Assembly (NCBI RefSeq): GCF_001457595.1
Contig: NZ_LN831039.1
Span: 6,870,001 to 6,902,000, forward strand
Source of the DNA: Mycolicibacterium smegmatis
GTDB taxonomy: Bacteria > Actinomycetota > Actinomycetes > Mycobacteriales > Mycobacteriaceae
Reading direction: 5' to 3'
DNA: 32,000 nucleotides
Positions 8,341-18,060 of this stretch are shown in pieces. How positions within the stretch are numbered: position 1 is the stretch's first letter; every line of letters begins with the position of its first letter. A program made the translations under genes and the position numbers. The notes below the pieces were generated by a model that was not told where the DNA came from, ran no database searches, and was given only the letters and a program-made list of their open reading frames with translations.

Positions 8341-9375
8341 GTGATCATGACAGTCACGTACCGCTCCGTCGAGGTCAGTCAACCCGGTGACGCTCTACGA
8401 ATCACCGAGCGGACCGTACGCGAACCGGGGCCGGGAGAAGTCCGCATCCGCGTGCTTGCTTGCGGAGTCTGCCACTCCGATTCGCAGATCGCCGCCGGGC
8501 ACCTGCCGGGCACCGTTTTCCCGGTGACACCCGGACACGAGGTGGCCGGACAGATCGACGCGATCGGCGCCGGTGTCGAGGAGTGGCAGATCGGTGACCG
8601 AGTCGCCGTCGGCTGGTTCGGCTTCTACTGCGGAAGCTGTTATCGCTGCCGCCGTGGCGATTTCGTCCACTGTGAACGGTCGAAGGTGACCGGGGCGGCC
8701 TTTCCGGGCGGCTATGCGGAAATGCTCGTCGTGCACCAGTCCGGACTTGCCCGCATTCCGGACACACTGAGCGCCACCGATGCGGCACCTCTGGCGTGTG
8801 CCGGGGTGACCATGTTCCACTCGCTACGCGAGTCAGGAGCCCGTCCCGGTGACGTCGTCGCCATCCTCGGTGTCGGCGGACTCGGTCACCTCGGAGTTCA
8901 ATTCGCCGCCAAGATGGGGTTCGTGACGGTAGCCATCGCCCGCGGTAACGAAAAGGCGGACATGGCAATGCAGTTGGGCGCCCACCACTACATCGATGCG
9001 ACCGCCGACGATGTGGCGAAGAAGTTGCGCGCACTCGGTGGCGCGCGGGTGGTGGCCGCAACTGCGACCAACCCGGCCGCCATCAGCGCGACCGTCGACG
9101 GACTGGCTCCCCACGGTGAACTGCTGACCCTCGCCGTCCTCGGCGAGTCCCTGCACGTCACGCCCCTGCAGCTGATCAACAGCTCAGGAACCGTCCACGG
9201 ACATCCCGCCGGTGTCGCCGCAGACATCGAGGACACCCTGGAATTCGCGGCCGTACATGGCATCCGGCCGTGGATCGAGCCGATGCCGCTGCACGAAGCT
9301 GCGACAGGATACGACCGCATGATGCGAAATGAAGCCCGGTTCCGCGTCGTGCTCACCATGCCGCAACCGGCGTAG
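8341..9375 (+). CDS. Zn-dependent alcohol dehydrogenase (MDR superfamily), tandem copy 2
   Basis: 344 aa. Motifs are GVCHSD, GHEVAG, CGSCYRCRRGDFVHC and GVGGLGHLGVQFAAKMG. By eye it is collinear with copy 1 at roughly half identical positions. ATG 8347 is an alternative start with better spacing from an AAAGG Shine-Dalgarno-like element. Confidence 0.9.
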   Translation: MIMTVTYRSVEVSQPGDALRITERTVREPGPGEVRIRVLACGVCHSDSQIAAGHLPGTVFPVTPGHEVAGQIDAIGAGVEEWQIGDRVAVGWFGFYCGSCYRCRRGDFVHCERSKVTGAAFPGGYAEMLVVHQSGLARIPDTLSATDAAPLACAGVTMFHSLRESGARPGDVVAILGVGGLGHLGVQFAAKMGFVTVAIARGNEKADMAMQLGAHHYIDATADDVAKKLRALGGARVVAATATNPAAISATVDGLAPHGELLTLAVLGESLHVTPLQLINSSGTVHGHPAGVAADIEDTLEFAAVHGIRPWIEPMPLHEAATGYDRMMRNEARFRVVLTMPQPA

Positions 9376-9394
9376 CCGCCGCCCGTTCAGCGGC

Positions 9395-10789
9395 TCAGTC
9401 GTTCCCGCGCGGCGGTAGCTGGACAGCAACGCCGCCGGACGCGTGTTCGGGTCCGGCGTCGGGATGCTCGGCCGGTACCCGGCCGCGGAACCGCGCGGCT
9501 TCGCTGGGGCCCTTGGGGGCATTTTCGCGATCGGGGCTGCGGTACGGACCGGGCTTGGGTCGCGGCGTCCCGCCCGGGAAGGCCAACCGGAAGATGGTGC
9601 GTTGCACGGTGAACCACTGGTGGCCGAACGGCCCGGAGTTGTAGGGCAGCTCGTAGCGTTCGCAGATGTCTTTCACCTTCGGCGCTATCTCGGCGTAGCG
9701 GCTGCTGGGCATGTCCGGGAAGAGATGGTGCTCAACCTGATATCCCAGATTGCCGCTGATGATGTGGAACAGCGGGCTGCCCTCGATGTTGGCCGCGCCG
9801 AGGAGCTGGCGCACGTACCATCCGCCGCGGGTCTCGTTCTCCACCTCCTCCTCGGTGAACGTCCACGTCTGATCGGGGAAATGTCCGCAGAAGATGATGG
9901 CGTGGGCCCACACGTTCCGGATGACGTTGGCCAGTGCGTTCGCCGCCAGGGTCCGCAGGTAGGTGCTCTCGACACCGGCCACCTGCCGGTCGAGCAGACC
10001 GGCCACCGTACCCACGCGGCGGTTGCCGGTGATGCGGCGTAGCCGGTTGCCGAGGCGGCTGTGCGGCGGTCGCGGCAACCGCCCACGTAAGGCCAACTGC
10101 GCCAACGCGAATGCGCCGGCACTGATCATCGGCCACCCGAGGTAGTCCTTGACGATCTGTTGGCGGGCTTTCACGCCGATCTCCTTGAAATCGTCTTTGA
10201 GGTCGGCGAATGTCTTCTGGCCGCGGATGAGCCCTTCGATGTCTGTGTCGTGGACCGCCACGCCCCATTCGAACAGCAACATGAGCAGCAGGTTGTAGAG
10301 CGGCTGACCGAGGTTGCCGGGGCGCCACTTCTGATGCGGATCGATCCGCATGATCTCGTACCCGAGATCTTTGTCCTTGCCCAGGATGTTGGTGTAGGTG
10401 TGATGGATGTAGTTGTGGGAGTGCTTCCACGCTTTGGCGCTGGAGGCCGTGTCCCAATCCCACACCGAGGAATGCACGTCGGGGTCGTTCATCCAATCCC
10501 ATTGCCCGTGCAGGATGTTGTGGCCCAGTTCCATGTTCTCCAGGATCTTGGCCATGCTCAGGCACGCGGTGCCCAACACCCACGCGGTGCGAGATCGCGA
10601 CGCCAGTAGCAGCACGCGCCCGGCCACGATGATCTGGCGCTGCACCGAGATCACCGTCTTGATGTAATGGCGATCCCGTTCATCGAGTTCGGCGAACACC
10701 TCGTCGTGGATGGCGTCGAATTCTTTGGCGAGTTTCTCGAGATCCTGCTCGCTGAGCCGGTGCAGCGGACTCGGTGCCGTGATGACCAT
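9395..10789 (-). CDS. desA3: Membrane fatty acyl (stearoyl-CoA type) desaturase, DesA3-like
   Basis: 464 aa. The three His boxes of di-iron membrane desaturases are present: HNILHGQW, HSHNYIHH and QVEHHLFP. The partner reductase lies immediately upstream, as in M. tuberculosis Rv3230c-Rv3229c (arrangement recalled from memory). The C-terminal 40-50 residues form a Pro/Gly/Arg-rich tail. Confidence 0.85.
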   Translation of the reverse strand: MVITAPSPLHRLSEQDLEKLAKEFDAIHDEVFAELDERDRHYIKTVISVQRQIIVAGRVLLLASRSRTAWVLGTACLSMAKILENMELGHNILHGQWDWMNDPDVHSSVWDWDTASSAKAWKHSHNYIHHTYTNILGKDKDLGYEIMRIDPHQKWRPGNLGQPLYNLLLMLLFEWGVAVHDTDIEGLIRGQKTFADLKDDFKEIGVKARQQIVKDYLGWPMISAGAFALAQLALRGRLPRPPHSRLGNRLRRITGNRRVGTVAGLLDRQVAGVESTYLRTLAANALANVIRNVWAHAIIFCGHFPDQTWTFTEEEVENETRGGWYVRQLLGAANIEGSPLFHIISGNLGYQVEHHLFPDMPSSRYAEIAPKVKDICERYELPYNSGPFGHQWFTVQRTIFRLAFPGGTPRPKPGPYRSPDRENAPKGPSEAARFRGRVPAEHPDAGPEHASGGVAVQLPPRGND

Positions 10790-10815
10790 GAGGATCCCTT
10801 CTGTTCCAGAGCGGT

Positions 10816-11913
10816 CTAGAGTTCGATTTCGACGTCGCCTTCGGCGGCGTTTATGCAGATGCGGACGTCCTGGCCGGTGGGCTCGGCGATCTCGCCGGAA
10901 CGTAGGTCGCGCACCTTCCCGGATCTCACTGTGCCGGTGCAGGTGTGGCAGATCCCGATGCGGCAGCCGTAGGCGAGCTTGAGCCCTGCCTGTTCACCGG
11001 CTTCGAGTATCGGTGTGCCGCCGCCACATTCGGCGGTGGTCTCGCTGTCGAGGAAGGTGACGGTGCCGCCGTTGCCGGCGCCGGCGTCGCCACCGATCTT
11101 GGGCTGGAACCGCTCGTAGTGCAGGCGGTCGCGATCGCCGTGCTGCTCCCAGTGGTCGATCAGCGCATCGAGCAGCTCCCCTGGACCGGAGCAGAATGCC
11201 TCGCGCTCTCGCCAGTCCGGGCACACGTCGTCGAGTTCCTGTGGCTTGAACCGGCCGCGTTCGGAGGTGAGTCGCACGTCCAGGCGCAGCCCGTCGTGCC
11301 GACGCTCCAGGTCCTCGAGGTCCGGCAGGAACATGACGTGCTCCCTTGTCCGATCCGAGTGCAGGACCACGACGTCGTCGCAGGCGTCTCGATGGTCGAG
11401 GCTGCGCAGCATGCTCATGATCGGCGTGATGCCGCTGCCTGCGCTGATGAACAGCATCTTGGCGGGCAACGCCTCGGGCAGGGTGAACTGCCCCTCGATC
11501 TCTCCGAGGCGCACGAGTTCGCCGGGCTGGATCTTCTCCACCAGGTACGGCGACACGACACCGCCGTCCACCTTCTTGGGGGTGACGCTGATCAGACCGT
11601 CCTCGGATTGGGGATCCGACGTGAGCGAGTAGGCCCGCCAGTGATATCTGCCGTCGATCACCAGACCGAGCCGCACGTACTGGCCGGGCAGGTGACCGGG
11701 CCATTCGTGGCTCGGTCGGATCAGAACGCTCGCGGCTTCCGATCCCCGCGGCTCGATGCGCTCGACCCGGCCGCGCAGCTCTTTGGTGGTCCACAGCGGA
11801 TTGACCAACTCGAGGTAGTCGTCCGGCCGGAGGGGCTTGAACAGGTGCCGGATGGCGCGCAGGAACAATCGCCGGCCCCTCGGGACGCGCGGTTGAGCAC
11901 CCCTTTCCGCCAT
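10816..11913 (-). CDS. FNR-like flavin reductase with C-terminal plant-type 2Fe-2S ferredoxin domain (Rv3230c-like desaturase reductase)
   Basis: 365 aa from the internal ATG 11913, which is preceded by GAAGGAG. FAD motif is RAYSLTS, NAD(P) motif is MLFISAGSGITP, and the 2Fe-2S motif is CRIGICHTCTG...C. The gene is 26 nt upstream of the desaturase gene. The track start at 12057 was rejected. Confidence 0.88.
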   Translation of the reverse strand: MAERGAQPRVPRGRRLFLRAIRHLFKPLRPDDYLELVNPLWTTKELRGRVERIEPRGSEAASVLIRPSHEWPGHLPGQYVRLGLVIDGRYHWRAYSLTSDPQSEDGLISVTPKKVDGGVVSPYLVEKIQPGELVRLGEIEGQFTLPEALPAKMLFISAGSGITPIMSMLRSLDHRDACDDVVVLHSDRTREHVMFLPDLEDLERRHDGLRLDVRLTSERGRFKPQELDDVCPDWREREAFCSGPGELLDALIDHWEQHGDRDRLHYERFQPKIGGDAGAGNGGTVTFLDSETTAECGGGTPILEAGEQAGLKLAYGCRIGICHTCTGTVRSGKVRDLRSGEIAEPTGQDVRICINAAEGDVEIEL

Positions 11914-12048
11914 GCAAGATCTCCTTCTGCGCACTCGCCAGTTGTGAGCCACGCCACCGCTCCTGCGGGTAGCCGCCACGACGCGGCTTGAAACGCTTCC
12001 GGAGGTTTCTTTCCCCGTGAATCGAGCCCCGTCGAGAACGTTCCCGTC

Positions 12049-12088
12049 GACGTGCACGTTTCAAGTCGACGCCGGCCTGACGTGCACG
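12049..12088. promoter_or_regulatory. Two copies of GACGTGCACG exactly 30 bp apart; each contains the palindrome CGTGCACG, and copy 1 is the 10-bp palindrome ACGTGCACGT
   Basis: Read directly: 12049-12058 and 12079-12088, in the 181-bp divergent region between the reductase-desaturase operon and the hydrolase gene at 12095. GTCGA(C) also recurs three times nearby. A regulatory role is inferred only. Confidence 0.35.
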
Positions 12089-12094
12089 AGGGGG

Positions 12095-12823
12095 ATGCGA
12101 TTGACAACGTTCGTTCTGGTCGCCGGGGCATGGCACGGAGCTTGGTGCTGGTACAAGGTCGCACCGCTGCTCGAAGCGCTGGGACACACCGTTGTCATGC
12201 CTGACCTTCCGTCCCTGGGCCGGGACATGACCCCCGTGTCCGAGGTATCGCTGGCCATGTGGCGCGACCATCTGGTCGACATCGTGGAGGCGCAGCCCGG
12301 ACGGACGGTGCTGGTCGGCCACAGCCGGGGAGGAGCCGTCATCAGCGAGGTGGCCGAGCAACGGCCGGAACTCATCGAGGCACTCGTCTACGTCGCTGCC
12401 TATCTTCCGACGAACGGAACCAGTGTGCACGACCAGGCCGCGGCGGGCGGAGACAGCATATTGATGCGCAACTCTTATCTGTCTGCTGATGGAGTGACAC
12501 TGCTCCTCGCCGACGAAGCACTACGGCCCGCGCTGTACAGCGAGTGTTCGGCCGAAGACGTCACTCTCGCCAGGCTGTGTATCCGACCGGAACCTGCGGC
12601 GCCCGCGCTCACCGCGGTGGCACTGAGTGACGACCGCTTCGGCGCCGTTGCGCGCGACTACGTGGAATGCCTGCGCGACAACGCCATTCCCATCGCTCAC
12701 CAACGCCGTATGCAACGTGCTCAGCCACCACGCCGCACCCTCGCACTCGACACGGACCACTGCCCGTTCTTCTCCCAGCCGCGTCAACTCGCCGAGTTCA
12801 TCTCAGGTGCAGCCTCTCGGTGA
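12095..12823 (+). CDS. Alpha/beta-fold hydrolase, plant-methylesterase/SABP2-like small esterase type
   Basis: 242 aa from ATG 12095, which is preceded by GAGGGGG. The N-terminus [26 protein letters not shown] is typical of this subgroup. Nucleophile elbow is GHSRGG and the C-terminal His motif is [11 protein letters not shown]. Confidence 0.85.
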   Translation: MRLTTFVLVAGAWHGAWCWYKVAPLLEALGHTVVMPDLPSLGRDMTPVSEVSLAMWRDHLVDIVEAQPGRTVLVGHSRGGAVISEVAEQRPELIEALVYVAAYLPTNGTSVHDQAAAGGDSILMRNSYLSADGVTLLLADEALRPALYSECSAEDVTLARLCIRPEPAAPALTAVALSDDRFGAVARDYVECLRDNAIPIAHQRRMQRAQPPRRTLALDTDHCPFFSQPRQLAEFISGAASR

Positions 12824-13719
12824 AGGTTGTCGCCCGCCCGGATCTCCCGCACGAACGACGCGATGGCCTCTCCGATCTGGTCTGCGCTGTCCTCCTGGAG
12901 GAAATGGGTTCCCGGCACGGTGATCTCGGTCTGATTCGGCCAGCTGCGCACGATGTCGAGGATGCGTTGCTTGCCCTGGATCACCCCGGGATCGGCGCGG
13001 ATGAACAGCTTGGGAATGTCACTCGTGGCCAGCCATTCACCGAAGTCCTCGATGACGGCGACGACCTCGGCGGGTTCACCGGCGAGCGGAACGTCGCGCG
13101 GCCATGACAGCGTGGGCCGTCGATCCTCGCCGGCGTTGAGGAACGGCCGACGGTAGTGAATCATCTCCTCCTCGCTGAGGGTGCGCATCACGATCGACGG
13201 CAACACCCCCTCGATGAAGGCGTTGTTCTCCAACACCATCTCCTCGCCCTGCGGGGAGCGCAAACCACGGAACATCTGGGCGACCTCGTCGGGGAAATCG
13301 TCCCATTCCATCGGCACCGAGACGGTTTCCATGTGCACGATGCCTGCGACCCGGTCGCGGTGCCGGTTGGCCCAATCGAATCCGAGCGCCCCACCCCAGT
13401 CGTGTAGTACGAGCGTGACGCGATCACCGAGATCGAGTGCATCCCACAGCGCGAACAAGTAGTCGCGGTTCTCGTGGTAGTGATAGCTGTCAGGGCCTGA
13501 ACCGTCGAGCTTGTCCGACGCGCCCATCCCGATCAGATCACATGCGACGAGCCGGCCGAGCCCTTCGGTGTGCGGCAGCACGTTGCGCCACAGGTACGAC
13601 GAACTCGGGTTGCCGTGTTGGAACACGATGGCATCGCCGCGGGCCTCGTCAATGTAGGCCATCCGTTTACCGTTGATCTCTCGGTACTGCAGCCGGCCGT
13701 ACGGCTCGGATCCCGGCAT
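12784..13719 (-). CDS. dhaA: Haloalkane dehalogenase (HLD-II, DmbA/DhaA-like)
   Basis: 311 aa from ATG 13719, which is preceded by AAGGTGG. Long collinear identity with remembered M. tuberculosis DmbA (Rv2579): [20 protein letters not shown](S/T)[33 protein letters not shown](G/S)ALGFDWAN (Asp nucleophile), [44 protein letters not shown]. The 3' end overlaps the convergent hydrolase gene by 40 bp. Confidence 0.93.
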   Translation of the reverse strand: MPGSEPYGRLQYREINGKRMAYIDEARGDAIVFQHGNPSSSYLWRNVLPHTEGLGRLVACDLIGMGASDKLDGSGPDSYHYHENRDYLFALWDALDLGDRVTLVLHDWGGALGFDWANRHRDRVAGIVHMETVSVPMEWDDFPDEVAQMFRGLRSPQGEEMVLENNAFIEGVLPSIVMRTLSEEEMIHYRRPFLNAGEDRRPTLSWPRDVPLAGEPAEVVAVIEDFGEWLATSDIPKLFIRADPGVIQGKQRILDIVRSWPNQTEITVPGTHFLQEDSADQIGEAIASFVREIRAGDNLHREAAPEMNSAS

Positions 13720-13889
13720 CGGGCACCACCTTTCGCAGCGGAAGTACTTCGAACGTATCGAGCGCTCATCGTGAGCGACACCGGCCCGATGGCCAACACC
13801 CGCCGGGATATTGCCGACTCCGCGGGGGACCAACTGGCATTATGTCGGCGATAAAGGACGATCTTGCCATCGCGCATTAGGCTGTTGTC

Positions 13890-14888
13890 ATGCGCAGAGT
13901 TGCGGTCTTGGCAGTCCCCGACGTCGTCGCGTTCGACCTGAGCATTCCCATCGAGGTGTTCGGCCGAGTTCGACTGGCCGACGGTATGAATGGATACCGC
14001 GTCCAAGTGTGTGGCACCGAGCCGACGGTGTCGGCGGGCCCGCTGCGCATCGCCACCGATCACGGTCTTGAGGCACTGGCCGATGCGGACACCATCATCG
14101 TGCCCGGCCGCGAGAACCTTCCGACCCAGACCCCTGCCCCGGTTGTCACCGCCCTTCGCGACGCCTATGCGAGCGGCGCCACCATCGCCTCGATCTGCAC
14201 CGGCGCGTTCGTTCTGGCAGATACCGGTCTGCTCGACGGTCGGCGTGCGACCACCCACTGGGCCGCGGCTGACCTGTTCCGCGCCAATTTTCCGGCCGTT
14301 GATCTCGATCCCGACGTCCTCTACGTCGATGCCGGGCGGATACTCACGTCGGCGGGAGCGTCGGCCGGCGTCGACCTCTGTTTGCACATGGTGCAGCGCG
14401 ATCACGGGGCCGCCGCTGCCGCCAACGCGGCCAAGATGGCGGTGGCGCCACTTCACCGCAGTGGTGGTCAGGCGCAGTTCATCATCCGAAATCAGCCTCC
14501 TGCCAGCGTGATCGGTGAGAAGACGCATTTGAGCGAGGTGCTCGTGTGGATCGAGCAGAACGCCCACCGCGAGCTGACCCTGTCCGACATCGCCGATCAC
14601 GCCGCGACGAGTATCCGCACCCTCAACCGCCGTTTTCAGGCCGAGACCGGCCAGACACCCATGCAGTGGGTCACCGGCGTGCGGATCCGTCACGCGCAAG
14701 AGCTACTCGAGCGGACGTCACTCAGTGTCGAGCGGATCGGCCGTGACGTGGGGTTCACCTCCGCGGCCAATTTCCGCGAGCAGTTCCGCAGGCTCAGTGG
14801 CGTCGCGCCGCAGGTCTACCGGAACACCTTTCGCGAACGCACTCAGGACATTCCGCACACCACGAGTACCGCCTTGGCATCGGCGTAA
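13890..14888 (+). CDS. GlxA-family AraC-type regulator (N-terminal DJ-1/PfpI-like domain plus C-terminal AraC HTH)
   Basis: 332 aa. The DJ-1-like motif is IASICTGAFVLADTGLLDGRRATTHW. The C-terminal AraC signature is LTLSDIADHAATSIRTLNRRFQAETGQTPMQWVTGVRIRHAQELLE...VGFTSAANFREQFRR. The gene is divergent from the dehalogenase gene, with a 170-bp spacer. Confidence 0.9.
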   Translation: MRRVAVLAVPDVVAFDLSIPIEVFGRVRLADGMNGYRVQVCGTEPTVSAGPLRIATDHGLEALADADTIIVPGRENLPTQTPAPVVTALRDAYASGATIASICTGAFVLADTGLLDGRRATTHWAAADLFRANFPAVDLDPDVLYVDAGRILTSAGASAGVDLCLHMVQRDHGAAAAANAAKMAVAPLHRSGGQAQFIIRNQPPASVIGEKTHLSEVLVWIEQNAHRELTLSDIADHAATSIRTLNRRFQAETGQTPMQWVTGVRIRHAQELLERTSLSVERIGRDVGFTSAANFREQFRRLSGVAPQVYRNTFRERTQDIPHTTSTALASA

Positions 14889-14905
14889 CCGAGGGCCTTT
14901 CCAGG

Positions 14906-15835
14906 TCAGCGCTCGGTCAGCGCGGGAATCTCCGGGTGGTCGCGCAGTGCGTCGACGACGGCGTGCACGGCCGGGCGGGCCGCACTGCGGCGAAACGCCG
15001 CGGCGACGTTGCGGTGCACGGGCAGGGTGAGCTCACGGGTCAGCACCTTCTGTTCCGGGCCGACCGCCAGGGCCGGCAGCAGTGCGACGGAGCCCTGCGT
15101 CTGCACATGGTGCACCAACAGCGACACGGTGCTGAACCGACCTGCCACGCGCGGTTCGAAACCGCTTTGGCGGCACAGCCGTAACGTGAGTTCGGCCATG
15201 TAGGAGTCGGGCCGGTCGCACACCCACGTCTCGTCACTGCACGTGGCGAGGTCGACCACCGGTCGGCGGCCCAGGTGATGATCCTGCGGCAGCACCAGCA
15301 CGATCGGGTCGGTGCCGATCGCGACGATGTCGAGATCGTCTCCCCACGGGAATTCCATGTAGTCCGTGGTGGTGACGATGACGTCGACCTCGCTGGCCCG
15401 CAACGCCGCCCCGCTCTCGTGGGGTTCGAGTTCGATCAACTCGAGGTGCAGATGCGGATGGGTGTCGGCGAGACGCGCGGATGCCGGTATCCCCAAGGTG
15501 GGGATCGCGCTCTGGAACAGCCCCAGCCGGACCGTGCCGACAGGTTCGTCGCTGAGTTCCCGCAGCTCGGCCTCGACGGCGGCCATCCGGTCGATGATCT
15601 CCCGTCCGCGCCGTGCCAGTAGCAGTCCGGTCGGGGTCAGGCGCACGCGGCGGCCTGCGCGTTCCAGCAGCCGGGTGTGGGTCTCGCCCTCCAGGAGCGC
15701 GAGCTGTTGGGAGACCGTGGAGGGGCTGAGGTGCAGCGCCTCTGCGACCGACCTGACCGTGCCGAGCGTGTCCAACAGGCTCAGCATCTGAAGTCGCCAC
15801 GGATTCAGCACCTGTTGATTGTTGTACGGATCCAC
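14906..15835 (-). CDS. LysR-family transcriptional regulator (DgdR-like by position)
   Basis: 309 aa. The N-terminal HTH is LQMLSLLDTLGTVRSVAEALHLSPSTVSQQLALLEGETHTRLLERAGRRVRLTPTG. GTG start. The gene is divergent from the PLP enzyme gene, with a 62-bp spacer. Confidence 0.9.
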   Translation of the reverse strand: MDPYNNQQVLNPWRLQMLSLLDTLGTVRSVAEALHLSPSTVSQQLALLEGETHTRLLERAGRRVRLTPTGLLLARRGREIIDRMAAVEAELRELSDEPVGTVRLGLFQSAIPTLGIPASARLADTHPHLHLELIELEPHESGAALRASEVDVIVTTTDYMEFPWGDDLDIVAIGTDPIVLVLPQDHHLGRRPVVDLATCSDETWVCDRPDSYMAELTLRLCRQSGFEPRVAGRFSTVSLLVHHVQTQGSVALLPALAVGPEQKVLTRELTLPVHRNVAAAFRRSAARPAVHAVVDALRDHPEIPALTER

Positions 15836-15894
15836 CGAACAGGAAAGTGGATGATCGTTGCTGGACGTAAACAGCGCCGGGTCCTAGCGTGTGA

Positions 15895-17220
<1,326 letters not shown>

Positions 17221-17225
17221 GGTAT

Positions 17226-18047
17226 CTAATGCTGGGGTGCGCCGAGTTCGGTGAAGCAGAACTTGCCGCCGACCAACCGCACGTCGGCTCCCTGGCCTGA
17301 CTCCTCGACGTGGGCGAGGATGTCCTGCGCGAACACCTCGGAGTCGTCCTGCGGGTGGTAGCCGATCTGTTCGCCGGCCTCCAGGGACCACCACCGTCGG
17401 GTGTTGCGGGAGATGCCCCACACGATCCGGAATCCCGGCTCGGGTGTGGCGAGGCATGCCTCCAACAGCCGCGCCCCGTCGTCCGGCGACATCCAGGTCC
17501 ACAGCGACCTTGCGTCCCAGGGCTTCTCGAAGCACGAGCCGATCCGCAGGCAGGTCACATCCATTCCGTAGCGGGAGTGGAACAGGCTACCCAGCGCTTC
17601 CAGCGCCGCCTTGCTGAAACCGTAATAGGTGTCGGGACGGGGCAAGATGTCGGCGCGCAGACCGTCCGGACCCGCCTCCTCCTTGCCGTAGAAACCCACG
17701 GCGTGGTTGCTCGAAGCGAGCACCACTCGTTCGACGCCCGCGTCGCGCGCCTGCTCGAGCAGCACCCGGGTGCCGTCGATGTTGTTGGTGAGGATGTCCT
17801 GCCACGGTGCCTCGACGCTGATACCCCCGAGATGGATCACGGCGTCGACGCCGTCGCAGGCATCGCGCATCACCTTCTCGTCGGTCACCGACCCCTGAAG
17901 CACCTCCACGTCCTCGCCGTCGGCGGGAGGCTCCGGAGTGACCAGGTCCAGCAGGCGCAGCGTTCGTCCCTCCCGCGCCAGCCGGGGCCGCATCAACCGG
18001 CCCAAACCACCGTTCGCACCGGTGATGAGCACTGTCTGGGTCATCAC
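17226..18047 (-). CDS. udh: NAD-dependent extended SDR, uronate dehydrogenase (Udh)-like
   Basis: 273 aa. Rossmann motif is ITGANGGLG and the catalytic motif is YGFSK. Blocks shared with remembered Agrobacterium/Pseudomonas Udh: HLGGISVE.P...I...NI.G, SSNH..G.Y, RIGSC...P...R.L.TW.S..D, VWG.S.N...WW. This is the last gene of the TRAP operon, 13 nt after the binding-protein gene. Confidence 0.8.
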   Translation of the reverse strand: MMTQTVLITGANGGLGRLMRPRLAREGRTLRLLDLVTPEPPADGEDVEVLQGSVTDEKVMRDACDGVDAVIHLGGISVEAPWQDILTNNIDGTRVLLEQARDAGVERVVLASSNHAVGFYGKEEAGPDGLRADILPRPDTYYGFSKAALEALGSLFHSRYGMDVTCLRIGSCFEKPWDARSLWTWMSPDDGARLLEACLATPEPGFRIVWGISRNTRRWWSLEAGEQIGYHPQDDSEVFAQDILAHVEESGQGADVRLVGGKFCFTELGAPQH

Positions 18048-18060
18048 GCTCCTTCCTGTC

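Noticed and set aside
9374-9395. Possible bidirectional terminator hairpin AGCCGC-N10-GCGGCT between the convergent ADH and desaturase genes
   Set aside because: The stem is only 6 bp with a 10-nt loop, there is no U tract, and it overlaps both stop codons. This is too weak to call.
10945-12430. ORFs 10994-12430 (minus, 478 aa) and 10945-11991 (plus, 348 aa)
   Set aside because: They overlap the FNR/2Fe-2S reductase gene in other frames or on the other strand. Their translations are extremely Arg-rich.
13533-14699. 388-aa minus-strand ORF spanning the dehalogenase-AraC spacer
   Set aside because: It is antisense to the GlxA-AraC gene and overlaps the dehalogenase 5' end in another frame. 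Its composition is Arg/Gly-rich and no family motif is present.
15858-15870. T-N11-A candidate TTGCTGGACGTAA in the LysR / DgdA-like spacer
   Set aside because: It fits T-N11-A only trivially and has almost no dyad symmetry. That is not enough evidence to annotate a binding site.
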